A stretch of DNA of 62,734 nucleotides, counting the filler, from Choristocarpus tenellus KU-1152 (Eukaryota > Protista > Phaeophyceae): assembly GCA_964200185.2 (NCBI GenBank). It is 13 parts of 13 records of this genome, joined end to end, with 100 filler letters (N's around TTAATTAATTAA, not from the genome) between each part and the next. Parts side by side here need not be neighbours in the genome. Positions count along the whole stretch, not along the records: positions 12,099 to 18,104 come from CAXNAD020009187.1; positions 18,205 to 21,328 come from CAXNAD020022147.1; positions 21,429 to 24,279 come from CAXNAD020024199.1; positions 24,380 to 27,769 come from CAXNAD020020361.1; 9 more parts are not named here. One strand, given 5' to 3'. Position numbers and translations under genes: made by a program. The notes below the pieces were generated by a model. That model was not told the origin of the DNA. It did not search any database and was given only the letters and a program-made list of their open reading frames with translations. Within the stretch, counting starts at the first letter, position 1, and each line of letters starts with the position of its first letter. This document shows positions 13,332-26,209 of the stretch, one piece after another.

Positions 13332-13772
13332 TCACACTTTCCTGTCCACAAGGAGGGTTGACACAAGTATTAGAGGAGGCTTGGTTGCTATTAGGTGGAC
13401 GTCCTGTCCTGTTGGTGGTATTACAAGTTCTTCAGCTGTTATAGTGGCAGGTGTCTTTTGATTACGGCAAGTCGCTTGGACAGTGGCTCTTACGTTAGGA
13501 AGATCCAACTTGTTCTCTTCCCTATAGGCTGCGATCATCTCTGCACATTCAGGTATTTCAGCGGGTTTGCACCATACATCACTGGCCAGTGAGTATCCCT
13601 TAAAGCGAAGCCGGTACAAATAATTGTAGGTGGTCTTTTTTCCTACCCCACATTTATGATCAACAATGCCCTCTGCATTGTAAGATCCAGTAGTTGGCTT
13701 TGTCTTTGACCCCTGTTCAACATCATATTTGAATACATGGCCAGCATACCATACACTGTAGAATGAATACAT
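13332..13772 (-). pseudogene. Chromodomain at the integrase C-terminus
   Basis: YNAEGIVDHK...YLYRLRFKGYSLASDVWCKPAEI fits the chromodomain pattern Y-x-VE-x-I..H..Y.VKWKGY...D.W.P. Confidence 0.8.
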
Positions 13773-13781
13773 TCACATATA

Positions 13782-14337
13782 CTATTGCCTTGCAGTCGAT
13801 ATGCCGTTGTCTTGGTTTATGATATTTCTACACTTTATGCAACTCAGCCAGGAGTTTATTCTCAAATTCTTTGCCTTGGTCAGAGTGGAGTGTTTCAGGA
13901 GGACCAAAGACGGAAAAAATACGGTCAACAAGAGCTTTAGCCACGGTTTTTTCTTGCTTATTTGCAATGCCAACCAAGATTGCGAATCTTGTAAGATGGT
14001 CTACAGCTGATAACACATATTTTGCACCGTCTGACGTGGTCTTATATTTAACTAGGTCAATAGCAAGTCGTTGAAATGGACGTGTGACAGGCGTATGTCC
14101 TGTCGGTAATGGGGTGAGAGTGTGAGAGGTCTTACGCCTTTGACAGGACTGGCAAGTTTCACACCACTTCCTCACGTCTTTGTGTAAGGTTGGCCACCAA
14201 TCTATCACGAACCCAGTCAAAGGTGTGTTTAAAAGCAAGATGGCCTGCAACGTAGGGTGTGTAAAATTAGACTCTGAACCTCTGTTGGGGCTACTAACTG
14301 ATCTCGAAATTCTCCATTTTTTCGAAGGTGACCACAT
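13782..14337 (-). pseudogene. Gypsy integrase (zinc-binding and DDE core), frameshifted
   Basis: WWPTLHKDVRKWCETCQSCQRRK; RPFQRLAIDLV; VDHLTRF; FGPPETLHSDQGKEFEN. Confidence 0.9.
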
Positions 14338-14339
14338 TG

Positions 14340-15968
14340 ATACGACCGGTAGAATAAAAGACTATTTTCTCGTTCTTGAGTGAAAAAATATGACATGGTG
14401 TAGGCCGTTTCCTTACTGAGTAATGCTGTATTGTTGGGGTCTGCCAGGTATTGAAAATAAGCTTCATACTGCTCATGTTTAGCCTTGGCTAGAACTTCCG
14501 TATCAATTACAGGAAACACATTGATGGAGCTTGCAAAGAGCTCAGAGTCATTTGCCACTTTAGTGATTTCACCTAGTCGGTCCACAGACAATTCATAGGC
14601 AGGGTATACCTTACTTGCTTGAGAACTTGCATCAGTGGTTTTTGTACCCACATTTCGACATATAGGGATAAGGGGTGCTGGTTCAGATTCATGTTTACAA
14701 AATTCTTCCAGTTGAGGACGTGACAACATATCTGGGATGTAATGTAACCTGCCAGGCTTATGAAGGACGGTAAAATCAAAACATTGCAAAGCTAAGGCCC
14801 ATCGAGTTAACATACTGGACGTATCTTGCATCGTATGCAGCCACCATAGGGCTGAATGGTCACTAATAACTGTGAAATGTTTACCCTAAAATATGGTCTC
14901 CAATGTTGGATTGCCAGAATAACTGCAAGGCACTCTTTTTGTGTGGCAGCATATTTACGATGGGAGGGGGGAAGTAAGACACTATGGTATGCAATTATAT
15001 CAAAATTGTCATCATCATTTTATGCGCCAAAAACGCCCCTGTCCTAACATTACTGGCATCTACATGAATAAAAAATTCCTTAGAAAAATCAGGAAAGTGC
15101 AGCACTGGAGCCGTTGAAAAAAGTCGTTTGAATTCGTCAAAACCAGTCCGTTGTGGTCGATTCCATCTATAGATGAGATATCATTGTGGTCTTTCTTTGC
15201 TCGTTTTACTGAGGTGGTCTCTTTGTTTGACTTTCCTTTCTGTGTATGGCGAATCAATTCAACCAACGGTTCTGTTGCTGTTGCTAGGTGAGGAATATAT
15301 TTCCTAATAAAGTTCATTGAACCTAAAAACGAGTGTAAGCCTTTCACAGTTTGAGGAGGATGTATATCTAATATAGCTTCAATACGAGCTTGGAATACAG
15401 CAATTCCTTGTGGGCTAACATCATGTCCCAAATAATGGATTTGTTTTGAGCCAAATTGAGCCTTGGACGGCTTTAACGTAATCCCTACATCTTGTAACAT
15501 TGACAAAACTGTAGTGATCAACTGTTTATGGTGTGTCCATGATGGAAAGGCTAAAACAATATCGTCTAAATATATCAACAGCCCCGAGCTAGGACCGACA
15601 CTGAAAAAGGTTTCATACATAAAGCGTTGGAAGATCCATTGTGCATTTTGTACTCCACATGGTAACCTCTGAAACTCATATTTCCCATCCGGCGTGATGA
15701 AGGCAGTTTTTGGTCGTTCGCATTCATCAGTGATCGGTAGCTGCCAGTAGGCTGATTGGATATCTAAACAAGATAAATACTTTGAATCCCCCAACATGGA
15801 TAAACTCTCATCCATGGATGGTAAAGGCCATGAATTACATATCAAATGTTTAATTATGGTTCCTCTAAAATCCACACAGAATTGAGGTGATCCATCAGGT
15901 TTGGCAACAATGGTAACAGGGGATGCCCATACGCTAGATGAGGGTTTTATAATACCCTGTTTCTCCAT
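14340..15968 (-). pseudogene. Gypsy reverse transcriptase and RNase H, frameshifted
   Basis: WASPVTIVAKPDGSPQFCVDFR, LDIQSAYWQ, KTAFITPDGKYEF, IYLDD, YLGH, FLGSMNFIRKYI; RNase H motifs ATQKECLAV and LTRWALALQCFDFTVLHKPGRLH.PDMLSR. Confidence 0.93.
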
Positions 15969-18404
15969 ATCAGTTACACATTGTCAAATAGTGTCACGTA
16001 TATTTGGTGCCGCCCGATACAGTGGTCTACTAACCGGTCTAGTGCCTGGTTGTAGTGAAAACTCAACAGAAGTAGTGGTGCAGCAACCTAATTCTTTTTC
16101 GGACAATGAAAAGACTGGTCTGAATTTAGCCACTATATCTAGTAAATCCTCTTTTTCAGACAGTGTCAGTTGAGTATTTGTAAAAGCCTTCTTAGAAAAA
16201 ATCAACTTCAATTCCTCCCCAACTTGTTTCAGTTCTTTGGAGGTAGATGGTGTGACCGCAACTGCACTTACTGTGGTATCTGACAGGGCATATGTTTTTA
16301 AAACAGGGGAAATATGACCAACGACAAATTTTGCTGGTAACTTGATCCCTTTTTGTGAAAGATTGGCAACTTTGACAAGACATCCTCCATCTTCTTCCCA
16401 AACAGAGAGGGTTCGATTGACCACTGTGTGTTCCCAGTTGGGATGTATGTCGTCCTCATGCTGGAGGTCTGTGCCAGTGTAAATGATAGGTTCCACTACT
16501 GCATCAGTAGCTGTTCCTCGAAATACCTAAGAACAAACTGGATCAAACGTTTCCGTGCCAGGGGGAAGATATATCTTTTTTAATGTGTGCACTGGTGTAG
16601 TAAATTCAGATGTGATTACTGAAATTGAAAAATGAGATGCATTTCCAGTCTGGCAAAAATCTTTTGGGGGGGAACAGATGGGAAGGGGTAAAATTTTGTG
16701 TTTTGCTGGGATGCATTGATCACTGTCTTTAAACGACATCTCCTCTCTATCTCAATCTAGCACTGCCCCAAATGCCAACATAATGCTCTTATTCAACAAA
16801 AATTTATGTACTCCCAGATTAGGTATGGCCACTGCTTGGACAGGTATTGATATGTCACCAAGTTGTGTAAATTGAATGAAATCATTAACAGAGAGAGGTC
16901 TACCACCTGCTCCTTTTAAATTCAGAGCGCCTGCTGGAATCTCCCGAATGGGTGCCTTGCAAAGTGTTGGGTGGGCTTCAATGTATCTGAGAGATATTAC
17001 TGGAATGTCAATAATATCAGCATCAACAGTAATACTCGTTAAAGGTTCATTTTCAATATACCCAGGAATTCTTACGAGGGGAGATGAAACACTTGGCACG
17101 AGAGGTGAGTTAGAATAGTGTTGGACTGCTGATGTGTGCCAACAGTATGAAAAAGTGGAACAACACATTTGAGGTGTAAAAGAAATGTCACTCATGCCCA
17201 AAAAAGGTTGGGAGAAAAAAAAAAGAGCAGATGCAACAGTTGTTACATGTCCTGCTTGTGGCAACTTTTGGTGTGCTGACCTTGAATATTTGAAGTCTTG
17301 GGTCATATTTACTCTCTCCCACATCTGAGTCTGCCCAAAATACCAAGTCCCTAGTTTCCTTCGACTTCCTAACCCTATAGATTCCGAGGAAACAGAATCA
17401 GCAGGACATCTCCATATTCTCTCATTTCTCACTCCCTCTCCTCCTGTGGTTCTATGTTACCCTGCAAGGGTTCATTGGAGGAATAATAGAAATTTCTGAC
17501 AGGCAGCATCTGTTTTGATCACCAATAAAAGCCGACAAATTGAACGCTTTTTGTGGTTGTTGTGGATACACATGAGGGAAAGGTCTAACCCATTTTTGAA
17601 ATTTGGCAACAGGGGAATAGGACAAAGCCTGTGCTCCAGAACTCATGGGGTAAGTCTTTGTGAGATGATGTATCATGATCAAGGGATCAAGTACCTAGCC
17701 CCAGTGAATATGGTCGAGGTAGGGTGGGACAATATATTCATCTTCATATTTAAAGTTTGCATGGCCGCTGCCACCAAACCTTGGTCATGCGGAGTCCCCT
17801 CCATCGCCTCGTTGACAATCTTTTTGTCGTAGACGAGTTGGCGATTCAAGTACGCCTGGATATCGAATGTCGCCACCGCACTGTGTTCGCCCTTTTCCTC
17901 GTGATCTTCTGTCAACACGCTGAACCGATTCAGGCCCGAATTACGGGCAGGGCCTTCCCTCAGCCTCTGCTCCGCCTTCCTTCCTGCTCTAGCGAGCCAC
18001 CAGGAGTGCCTTTGTCTACCAATGTAGACGCGGGAATCGGTCGAGGTTGGGCATTAATGGTACCCCCCTCATTACCTCCATCAGTTGTCGTGCTTAAGGT
18101 TGCCNNNNNNNNNNNNNNNNNNNNNNNNNNNNNNNNNNNNNNNNNNNNTTAATTAATTAANNNNNNNNNNNNNNNNNNNNNNNNNNNNNNNNNNNNNNNN
18201 NNNNGGACGTGGTGGAGGGGGCGGTGGGGAAGTGGGAACACAAGAACGAAGGGCCTTGCCGTAACCCAATCAAAAATCGATTTACCAATACTTTTGGAAA
18301 AAAACAATTACAAACTTTTTTTTTTAATGTCCGTGTCTGTGTGTGTACATGTGTCTGTGTGCTCTGTGTGTATGTTATGTGTGTGTTGCGTATGCACTTG
18401 GCAG

Positions 18405-21221
18405 GCGTAAACATGGGTTGGGCGAGCTCGGTACCGTGAAGACTTCGGGTGGTCATAGCTCAGGTCCCGACCATCAGAATTCCCTTGGCCCTCAGAGAGG
18501 AATCAGGCTGTCGTCAGGATCGTCTTCGGAAGGGGGGACGGAGGCTAGCGTCCTCCAACGTATCAAGGACAAGCACGTCACGGTGGTGATGGCCATCACA
18601 TTCCTCTTATACTCAACAGTGTCCACAGTTATTTTCCAGGTGTGCTGTTTGGGGTTTAGGGGTTGGCAGTTAGGGTTAGAGTTAGGGTTAGAGTTAGAGT
18701 TAGAGTTAGAGTTAGGGCTGTGCTTGTGTGTTGTCGGGCCGTGTGTGTCTTTGGCGTTGCTAAATTTTTGGTTGGCGGTAAAGAGGTAGAAAGTGTTTTT
18801 TTTGGCTGTGTACTGGTAACTGCGGTGAGGGGGTCAAGGGTTAGGGTTATAGGGTGATGGAAGTTTTATTGTTTGTTGTTGGGGGTTGTAGGGTTTAGAA
18901 ATTTGGTCGGTTATTGCTTCCGCTACTTTTTTTTTTTAAGTCTTCTGTATTGATGGGTTAAGGGTTGGGGTTAAGAGAGGGTGCTGTACAAATGCTTTTG
19001 GTTTAAATTTACCTACGGGGTATGGTATATTTTGAGTGAAGGCGTTGGTTTTTGTGTAATTATTTGTTTGTTTGTTTTTCAAGTGTTTTTGTTTCCTTTT
19101 TATCTCTGAAGCCTCCGGGGTTTTTTTTTTGTTATCACAGCAAGTGATAGTGATACAATTGCAGACCAGGGGATACATCATAGCTTTTGAGGTCTGTTGC
19201 TCCACCCAACTACGGCATATCGATTCATCCACAGGATCTTTTCTTCTGGCATCTAGAGACTACTCTCCTAGATGGAGTTTATCCTGTATTTTGGTCATGA
19301 AAATGTTTTTTTCAGGTGTATTGCATTTTCTCAAGTCCTTCAAATATATATAAATGAATATATATATATATATTCAAATTCTTTTTTTTTTTAATCTCGC
19401 TTCTTGCACTGGCTATTATTATTATTATTATTATTATTATTGGCTCTTTTCAGAGTACCAAGTATGCTTGAATCCGTATGCAGGGAAGCCTCCCACGTAT
19501 CTTTTTTTAGTGTGGTGTTATTAACCCTGGTGGGTCCTTCCTTAATTAGAAGTCCGGAGAGTTTGGACGTACCCCTGTGATTTTATGAGCTTTGGCAATT
19601 CTAGCCTGTATGTAATCTTTATACCAAGAATGTTAACGTGAGGTTCAAAAGCAATGTGACTCGTCCATTGTACATTGCCACCGACTGACTGACCTTTTCA
19701 TTTTATTTCATTTTTTTTATTTTTTTTGTTTCCGGTGGCATCACTCTCCCTCACCGTTGATGTCGTCCCTACCCAATGCTAGCTAAATAACCCCTGGCCT
19801 ACACTTGTGTATGCATAACAGACATTTTCCTGTGACGATCTGGAAGATGTGGGCCAGAGCTACCTGAGGGCTGACTACACCATCTCCTGTGGCACCAAGA
19901 GGCACAAGGCACACATTATATACGCTGCGTTTATGGTTCTGGTGAGAGAGTGAACTACATATTCCTTTTTTTTAATTCTCCCATGTTTGGCCCCTGATTG
20001 AGGTCGGGCTTACTCCTTGGGACTGATTGCTGCACCACAGGTTGAGTGTTTTCTTTTTTTTAACTGGTTCCTTTGGGAAAAAGGATGGCTGGAATTCCTA
20101 AAGTTTTGAAGGCTTAATATATTTTATTCTCGGGTTGTTGAGGCTGGCTTGACCTCTGCGGTGGCTTGAGGGGAATACTGAGTTGGTGGGGACTGGGCTA
20201 TGATGTGATTTAATTTGAACATTTTGGGGAAAACTTTGAGGTAGCAGTGGGGGGGGGGGCAATCTGTTGAGCAAACTTGTTTGTTTAATTTGTGTTGGGG
20301 ATTTTTGTGAAGGGATGTGATAGGCTCACCTTGAATCTTCTAGTCTAGTACTGATATCAAAAACTCTTTTATTTTTGTTGTGCTGTTTAGTTCTTTTAAG
20401 TTCCATTTTTTACTCAAAAACCCTAACCCTCCAATTGACACTTTAGTTCTGACAAGTACTCGATAAATAGAAAATGATCAGAGAGAGAGCTACATGTGTG
20501 TGTGTGTGTGTGCCTCACTCAGGGCATGGATTATTCCAGGACAAACGACCCTTGCTTTCCTATACTAGTAATTTTTGTTCTGTGAGGTCTCACTCTGACT
20601 CTATCATTTCCAATGAGCTTTTCCTGATGCTTCATATGCTTCCCCTAACCCTAATTTTTGTTTGGGCGTGCTCTGTTACACTTCAGAGGGGTTTTTTCAA
20701 ACATGTAGGAAAAAAAATGTTTTGTTCATGGAAATGTAATGTTGGGGGTGCCTTGTGAAGGTGTTGAGAGCACTTCTTGTTGTGTATGTGAGAAGGATTC
20801 CCAGTTTGCTAAGAATTTTTCTTTGCTTACGGGTGCATATATATGTCTCTATGTGTGTGTGTGTGTGTTTGTTTGCTACAGATTGCTTTGTGTGTGCAAT
20901 CTAGACGTAGTCACATGCGAATTTTACAAAAAAGAAAAAAGATGTCCTGCATAACATAGTCTTTTTATCATTACAACAATGGTTACTATTACAGTAGTAT
21001 TAAAACTTCCTATTTTGTACAGCCCCCTCCTGCCTCATCCTGATGCCCCGAATTTGTCGTGTGGTAAAAAGGTATACCCTGTGGGCATTCCGGTCATGTA
21101 TGCCATCGTACTCTACCGTAGAAGACGCCTTATCAATCCTAAGGAAACCCAGGAGGAAGGACAGCCTCAACATAACCGCCTCCATGACAGAAGAATAGCT
21201 CAAACTTCGTTCCTCTGGAAG
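18405..21221 (+). CDS. Multi-TM C-terminal domain of the brown-algal adhesin-like/'polymorphic outer membrane protein'-like family; exons 18405-18639, 19822-19941, 21072-21221
   Basis: Spliced: ...KHVTVVMAITFLLYSTVSTVIFQ / TFSCDDLEDVGQSYLRADYTISCGTKRHKAHIIYAAFMVL / VYPVGIPVMYAIVLYRRR...IAQTSFLWK. The FQTFxCD, YLRADY and YPVGIP signature is recognised from memory. Confidence 0.75.
18656..18717 (+). repeat. Interstitial telomere-like (TTAGGG/TTAGAG)n tract at an intron start
   Basis: ttagggttagagttagggttagagttagagttagagttagagttaggg. Confidence 0.8.
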
Positions 21222-23072
21222 GTGACTCACTCAGATCATGTTTCTCTTTCAATCTCCCCCCCCCCCCCCCCCCCCCCCCCCCCGCGCCCCTCCTCTTCTC
21301 CTTTTCTCCTTTGCTCTCTGTTCGTTCTNNNNNNNNNNNNNNNNNNNNNNNNNNNNNNNNNNNNNNNNNNNNTTAATTAATTAANNNNNNNNNNNNNNNN
21401 NNNNNNNNNNNNNNNNNNNNNNNNNNNNCCACTCCCTCTATCCCCCGAAGAATCGCGATCATCCTCATCCCCCACTCCACCTTCGTCACTATGATCAGAG
21501 TCATACCCCGCTAGTCCCAAAAGGGACATTTGGACCTTACTCAGGTACTTTCTTACACAATTATTTGTTCTTCGTGCCCACTCGAGCTAAGTATAGGGGG
21601 GGTGAGGGGAAGAGATATAACGAAATGTTTGGGAATTATTGGTATTCACTGCGCAGATGACTCCAGAAATTCAATGTACAATTAATTCACCAACTCCTGT
21701 TAGCTTCGACCCCACTTTCCCCACTCCCCAACCTCCCCCACGTATCCAAAAGTTAAATGTAATTAACAAAACAGTAAAACGTACACTCACAAGATATATT
21801 TTCTATTCCACAACAACGATCACAACCTATCTTGATACTTTCTCCATACTCTTCCTTGTATAACGAACACAAAAAATAAATGATACGTGTAAGAACAAAT
21901 TTTTCACACTTCAACTTATACAAAATATTATTGTTTTGACTTTTTGGAGATTATATTTAGTTGAAAAAACAATTCAATATCGATTCAATATCGTAAGAAC
22001 TCTTGTAAAAGTAAAATTTATGAAAGTGTGAAGAGTATCTCTCTAAAATCTATTTCTGTTTGACTACCATCTATACTACAGGGCGAGGACCTAAGGAAGC
22101 ATTCCAAGAATCTGACAGGCTCCTCCTTGTCCATCTCCCTGATGTCTCCAGCTTGAAAACGCATGACACTTCTATGTTATATACAAAATAAATGCCTTCT
22201 GATATTTTCCAGATGTATATTCGAGAATACTTCTTTCGACTTGCAATTGCCTCCTTTTTGCATTCTCCTCTTCTGGTCAAATAATACGCATTGCTTACTG
22301 CTCCTACATTACTACTAGTAATAATGTGTTACTTAAATTAATATTTATACAACAACGCTCCCTTAAAGCTTCGGAACTACAATAAAATGTGTACGCTGCT
22401 GTCATGGCTATATATAACCTATCTTGCCCATCATCAGTTTCTTTCCCAGTCATACCGTTCGCCAACACTGGAACTTTCATAGTTGGTACCCTCGTGAGTA
22501 CACGTATCTTGGGGGATTTATGAACTTTTTTGTGGTACCAAATAATAATATTACGGCGCCATAGTTTTCATTGGTTTCCCCCCTGACACATCTGTAAAAT
22601 GTCAGAGGGCATCATAATATAAAATATTACTGCGCCATCGTATTGTTTTTCCCTTGCTTGGTTTCTACCACACTTCAACTTTCATTTAGTAAAAAGGATA
22701 TTATAATAAGTCAAACCAACGGAGAGGTAGGCAGGGTTGCATTTTAAGGACCCCTAGAAAGTTCAAAAAAGATACCACTTTATACCATTGCTGAAAGAGC
22801 CTTTGCTTAGTTGTGGTTTCACTTCGTGTGTGGAGAGGGGGATTCTCAATTTTCCGCACACTATTGTGCACATGAAGCAATGTATTAGAGTGCATTGCCC
22901 AGGTTAAGGATGATGACCTAGAGTGCAAAAGGGTCCAAACCTGCCTGCCTCTCAATTGATTCGGCTCAATTATGTTGTATCACTCCAACATGGGGTTTTC
23001 CTCCAGGGTCTGCCCTAATTCTGTTTACAGAAGGAGTGTACGTTCTACCATTCTCAATCAAGGAGGCGGTAG

Positions 23073-23160
23073 ACACACACAAACACACACAAACACACAC
23101 AAACACACACAAACACACACAAACACACACAAACACATACAAACACATACAAACACACAA
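23073..23160. repeat. (ACACACACAA)n microsatellite
   Basis: 10-bp unit repeated about 9 times. Confidence 0.9.
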
Positions 23161-23729
23161 CTACATACATGAGTTTATGACTGACTGCAAATAGTATAAA
23201 AAATTAGACCTTTGAGCCTCAAATCGAATGGGTATGAGGGAGTTCCTGTAATGTAATTGAGAATTGCAGCAGTAGCTGCAGGACTTAGGCTACTCCAATC
23301 AAACTTTACCCACTCGATTGATTGGAGTAACAAAAAAAGTAGCGGGAATGAGGAGATGCTGATATGGGGAGAGGAATACAGAGGGAGACTGGAAACATAC
23401 ACATATCACATACATTCAACCATCTCAGGTGCACACAAGGCTCGAAGCATTAGCAATAGGGAGCGCCTAGAATCACTATACACTAGTACTCAACATGCAG
23501 GAACGACATCATAGTTTGCTACAGATACACAGCTGTATCGGATTATATCCGCTTGACTGAAGGCACAGATGACATAATCAAAAAGATGAAACAGAGCCAG
23601 AGCCAGAGGTAGTAGTAGAGGGAGTAGAAAGCCAAGATTATTGCTATTATTGATTCTTCATGGTGCGATCAGGTCATTTTAGAATGTGTCGTGCCATTCG
23701 TTTACACACTGCAGTGAGTATGTACCTTA

Positions 23730-23910
23730 TCAAGAAAATGCCTCAGTAAGACACCGTTGCACATGCGCCTTCCTCTCCCATTTCCCCAAGTGGCTTTCGA
23801 AGGTGAAGTTGCAGACAGGGCACACTTCTGGTGCCTTTGGAGAAGATTGGGAAACGTCTTTGCTAACTCGGCGATGCAATCCCTGTGGTGGAGTCTTGTT
23901 TTGTTGAGGC
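23730..23910 (-). CDS. Putative terminal exon with a C2HC (UBZ-like) zinc finger
   Basis: EVCPVCNFTFESHLGKWERKAHVQRCLTEAFS* has CxxC...HxxxC spacing. Upstream exons were not resolved. Confidence 0.4.
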
Positions 23911-24852
23911 TTTGTCAAACAAAATGCACACAACGGATAGGGACAAGTTCAATCTAAGTCAGAGAAAGCACTCACGGTCACGTAGACAGGGACACTTCCT
24001 GCTAAAGTACGCACTCTTGACAGCATCAAGAGCACCCTGACAACACACAAACCACGAGCAAGTACAACATGGTGCCACATCAATTAGAGTATTGAAAGGT
24101 GCACGACATGAGGAGACTGGACACCTACACAACAAGCAATACAAATCATTGGTTGGGGTAAAACGATCAAACACAGGTTAAGGGAAGCATGGTATGACTC
24201 CCACCATCTCAGTCCTGCTCGCCCCGGAGAAAGCAGCTTGGAGTGAAACTCTGACAGACCTCCCGCCCCCAGCAGGAGGNNNNNNNNNNNNNNNNNNNNN
24301 NNNNNNNNNNNNNNNNNNNNNNNTTAATTAATTAANNNNNNNNNNNNNNNNNNNNNNNNNNNNNNNNNNNNNNNNNNNNCCCCCCCAGATACTTTGATCC
24401 GATACTTAGGGAGCATTTCTCGAATGAATGCAGGTGGGGAGAAAACCTTGATCACTTTAAACGTCCAAACTTAAGTCCAGGAACAAAAGAGAGTGTATGG
24501 CAAGCAAGAAGTGGTAGACACCAATTCACTGGTGTGCAAATAGTCTCAATCTTGTTAAAACATACGCTACTCATTCGACTTATTTTGATACGATACAGCA
24601 TCGTCAGCTCACACTGAATGCTGATTCGTCCATTGTACTGGTCGTTATTCCCATTCCCATCATTAGTCCTTCATCACACTTTACTCAACCACTGTAAGTA
24701 CGTCACATTGGATAGAAACCATAGGAACAGTCGCTGTCCATCATACACACATACTATTAGGGATATTAGTTATGTTTGATATGGATTCAACCTTGGCTTC
24801 TTCTTTCTTCTCTGTTTTTACTTCTTCATCTCCATGACGCAAGTTTTCAGTT

Positions 24853-25080
24853 GAATGAAAGTACCTTAGAGGGTACGAGTTTTGTCCTGTTTGTCCATTT
24901 GAGGCTTGGGTTCCCTACTGCAAAATGTTGAGTAGGTAAAATGTGTAATGAAAAGGTGTGTCCGAAACATAGATATTGACACTTCCTAACAAACACGACA
25001 ACCAAAATTACATCAAAATCGCAACATTGGATTGTGACCCCCAAATAGATGCGGCTCTATCCTCTAAGATACTTTGATTC
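24853..25080. mobile_element. MITE family A copy
   Basis: TIRs gaatgaaagtaccttagagggta / tatcctctaagatactttgattc, flanked by AGTT on both sides. Confidence 0.9.
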
Positions 25081-25390
25081 AGTTGCATAGCATGTGTTGA
25101 TTATTGATTTTACTTGACTGGCATTGCCTGCTACAAAATATCCCATCACTCTGAACACGTGTAAGACACACACCGGGATGCAATATAAGCAGAGTTAAAA
25201 CCATCCTTCGAAACCCTTCTCTGCTAAGGTGACAACCCTCTTTACAGATAATGAATTTCTTCATTTGAATGTCCCAATGAATGACCACACAGTCTCTATC
25301 AATCACCGTCTGCCTGAGTAATATATGCCACAGACATACCAGTACCCATCTCACTCCAACCAAAGTATGATTGAGTAAGACATGCCTTCA

Positions 25391-26209
25391 GATACATCAA
25401 ACCGAACCCGCAGGTGTCTTCTTGCACTATGACACACAGTTGCCTCTAAACGTGTTAATCACAGCACAACCAAACATATCTTCACATCGAACACTGTCTG
25501 ACTGAATACAACATGTCATCTGACCTACCAGAACAATTTCATCAGTACTTTGTTGCGCTATAACCTCCTTCGTCGCAAACCAGACACATCACACCAACAC
25601 ACAACTCATATGAAACCAGGTTTCAACAATCTTACCTCCTCTTCTTCCTTGGCGTTGTTATCGATGGCTACCTCGACCTGCTTCGCGACCTCTTCGAAGT
25701 AAAGGATTTTGTAGTAACGAAAAGTCTCTGCAGTTGCCTTTGTTACAATCACTTTCTACTCCGTCTTGCGAGCCCTTTCCATCTTCTTTCGGGCTTCAGA
25801 GCCCATATACCCTAACCCTAATACCTTCTTTATCGTTTCCTTAAGCCACTCTGGCTCACAAAACTTCCAAGGTCTGCTGCAAGTGCTGACTACTAAGATA
25901 TTCTACACCCGGGTCTTCGCTGTGGCGTTTCCTGAGCACAATGGCACGCAGACGCAATTCTCTCTGTTGAAACCTGATTTCGTATGAGTTGTGTGTTGTT
26001 GTGATGTGTCTGATCTGTTACGAAGGATATCATAGCGCAACAAAGTACTGATGAGTTTGTTCTGGTAGGTCTGATGACATGTTGTATTCAGTCAGACAGT
26101 GTTCGATGTGAAGGTATGTTTGGCTGTGCTGTGATTAACACCTTTAGAGGCAACTGTGTGTCATAGTGCAAGAAGACACCTGCGGGTTCGGTTTGATGTG
26201 TTTAAAGGG
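25391..26209. mobile_element. Two inverted copies of an LTR-like repeat (25628-25391 on -, 25965-26209 on +)
   Basis: Both start TGTTGAAACC and align over about 240 bp. The + copy stops where the Copia LTR begins. Confidence 0.75.

Larger units (their letters stand above)
12099..18104 (-). mobile_element. Decayed Ty3/Gypsy LTR retrotransposon with integrase chromodomain
   Basis: Domain order on the minus strand is gag-like, protease-like, RT, RNase H, integrase, chromodomain. A G10 polypurine tract (12123-12114) is followed by TGTCAGGGACAG, the probable start of the 3' LTR at 12110. Several stops and frameshifts. Confidence 0.93.
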
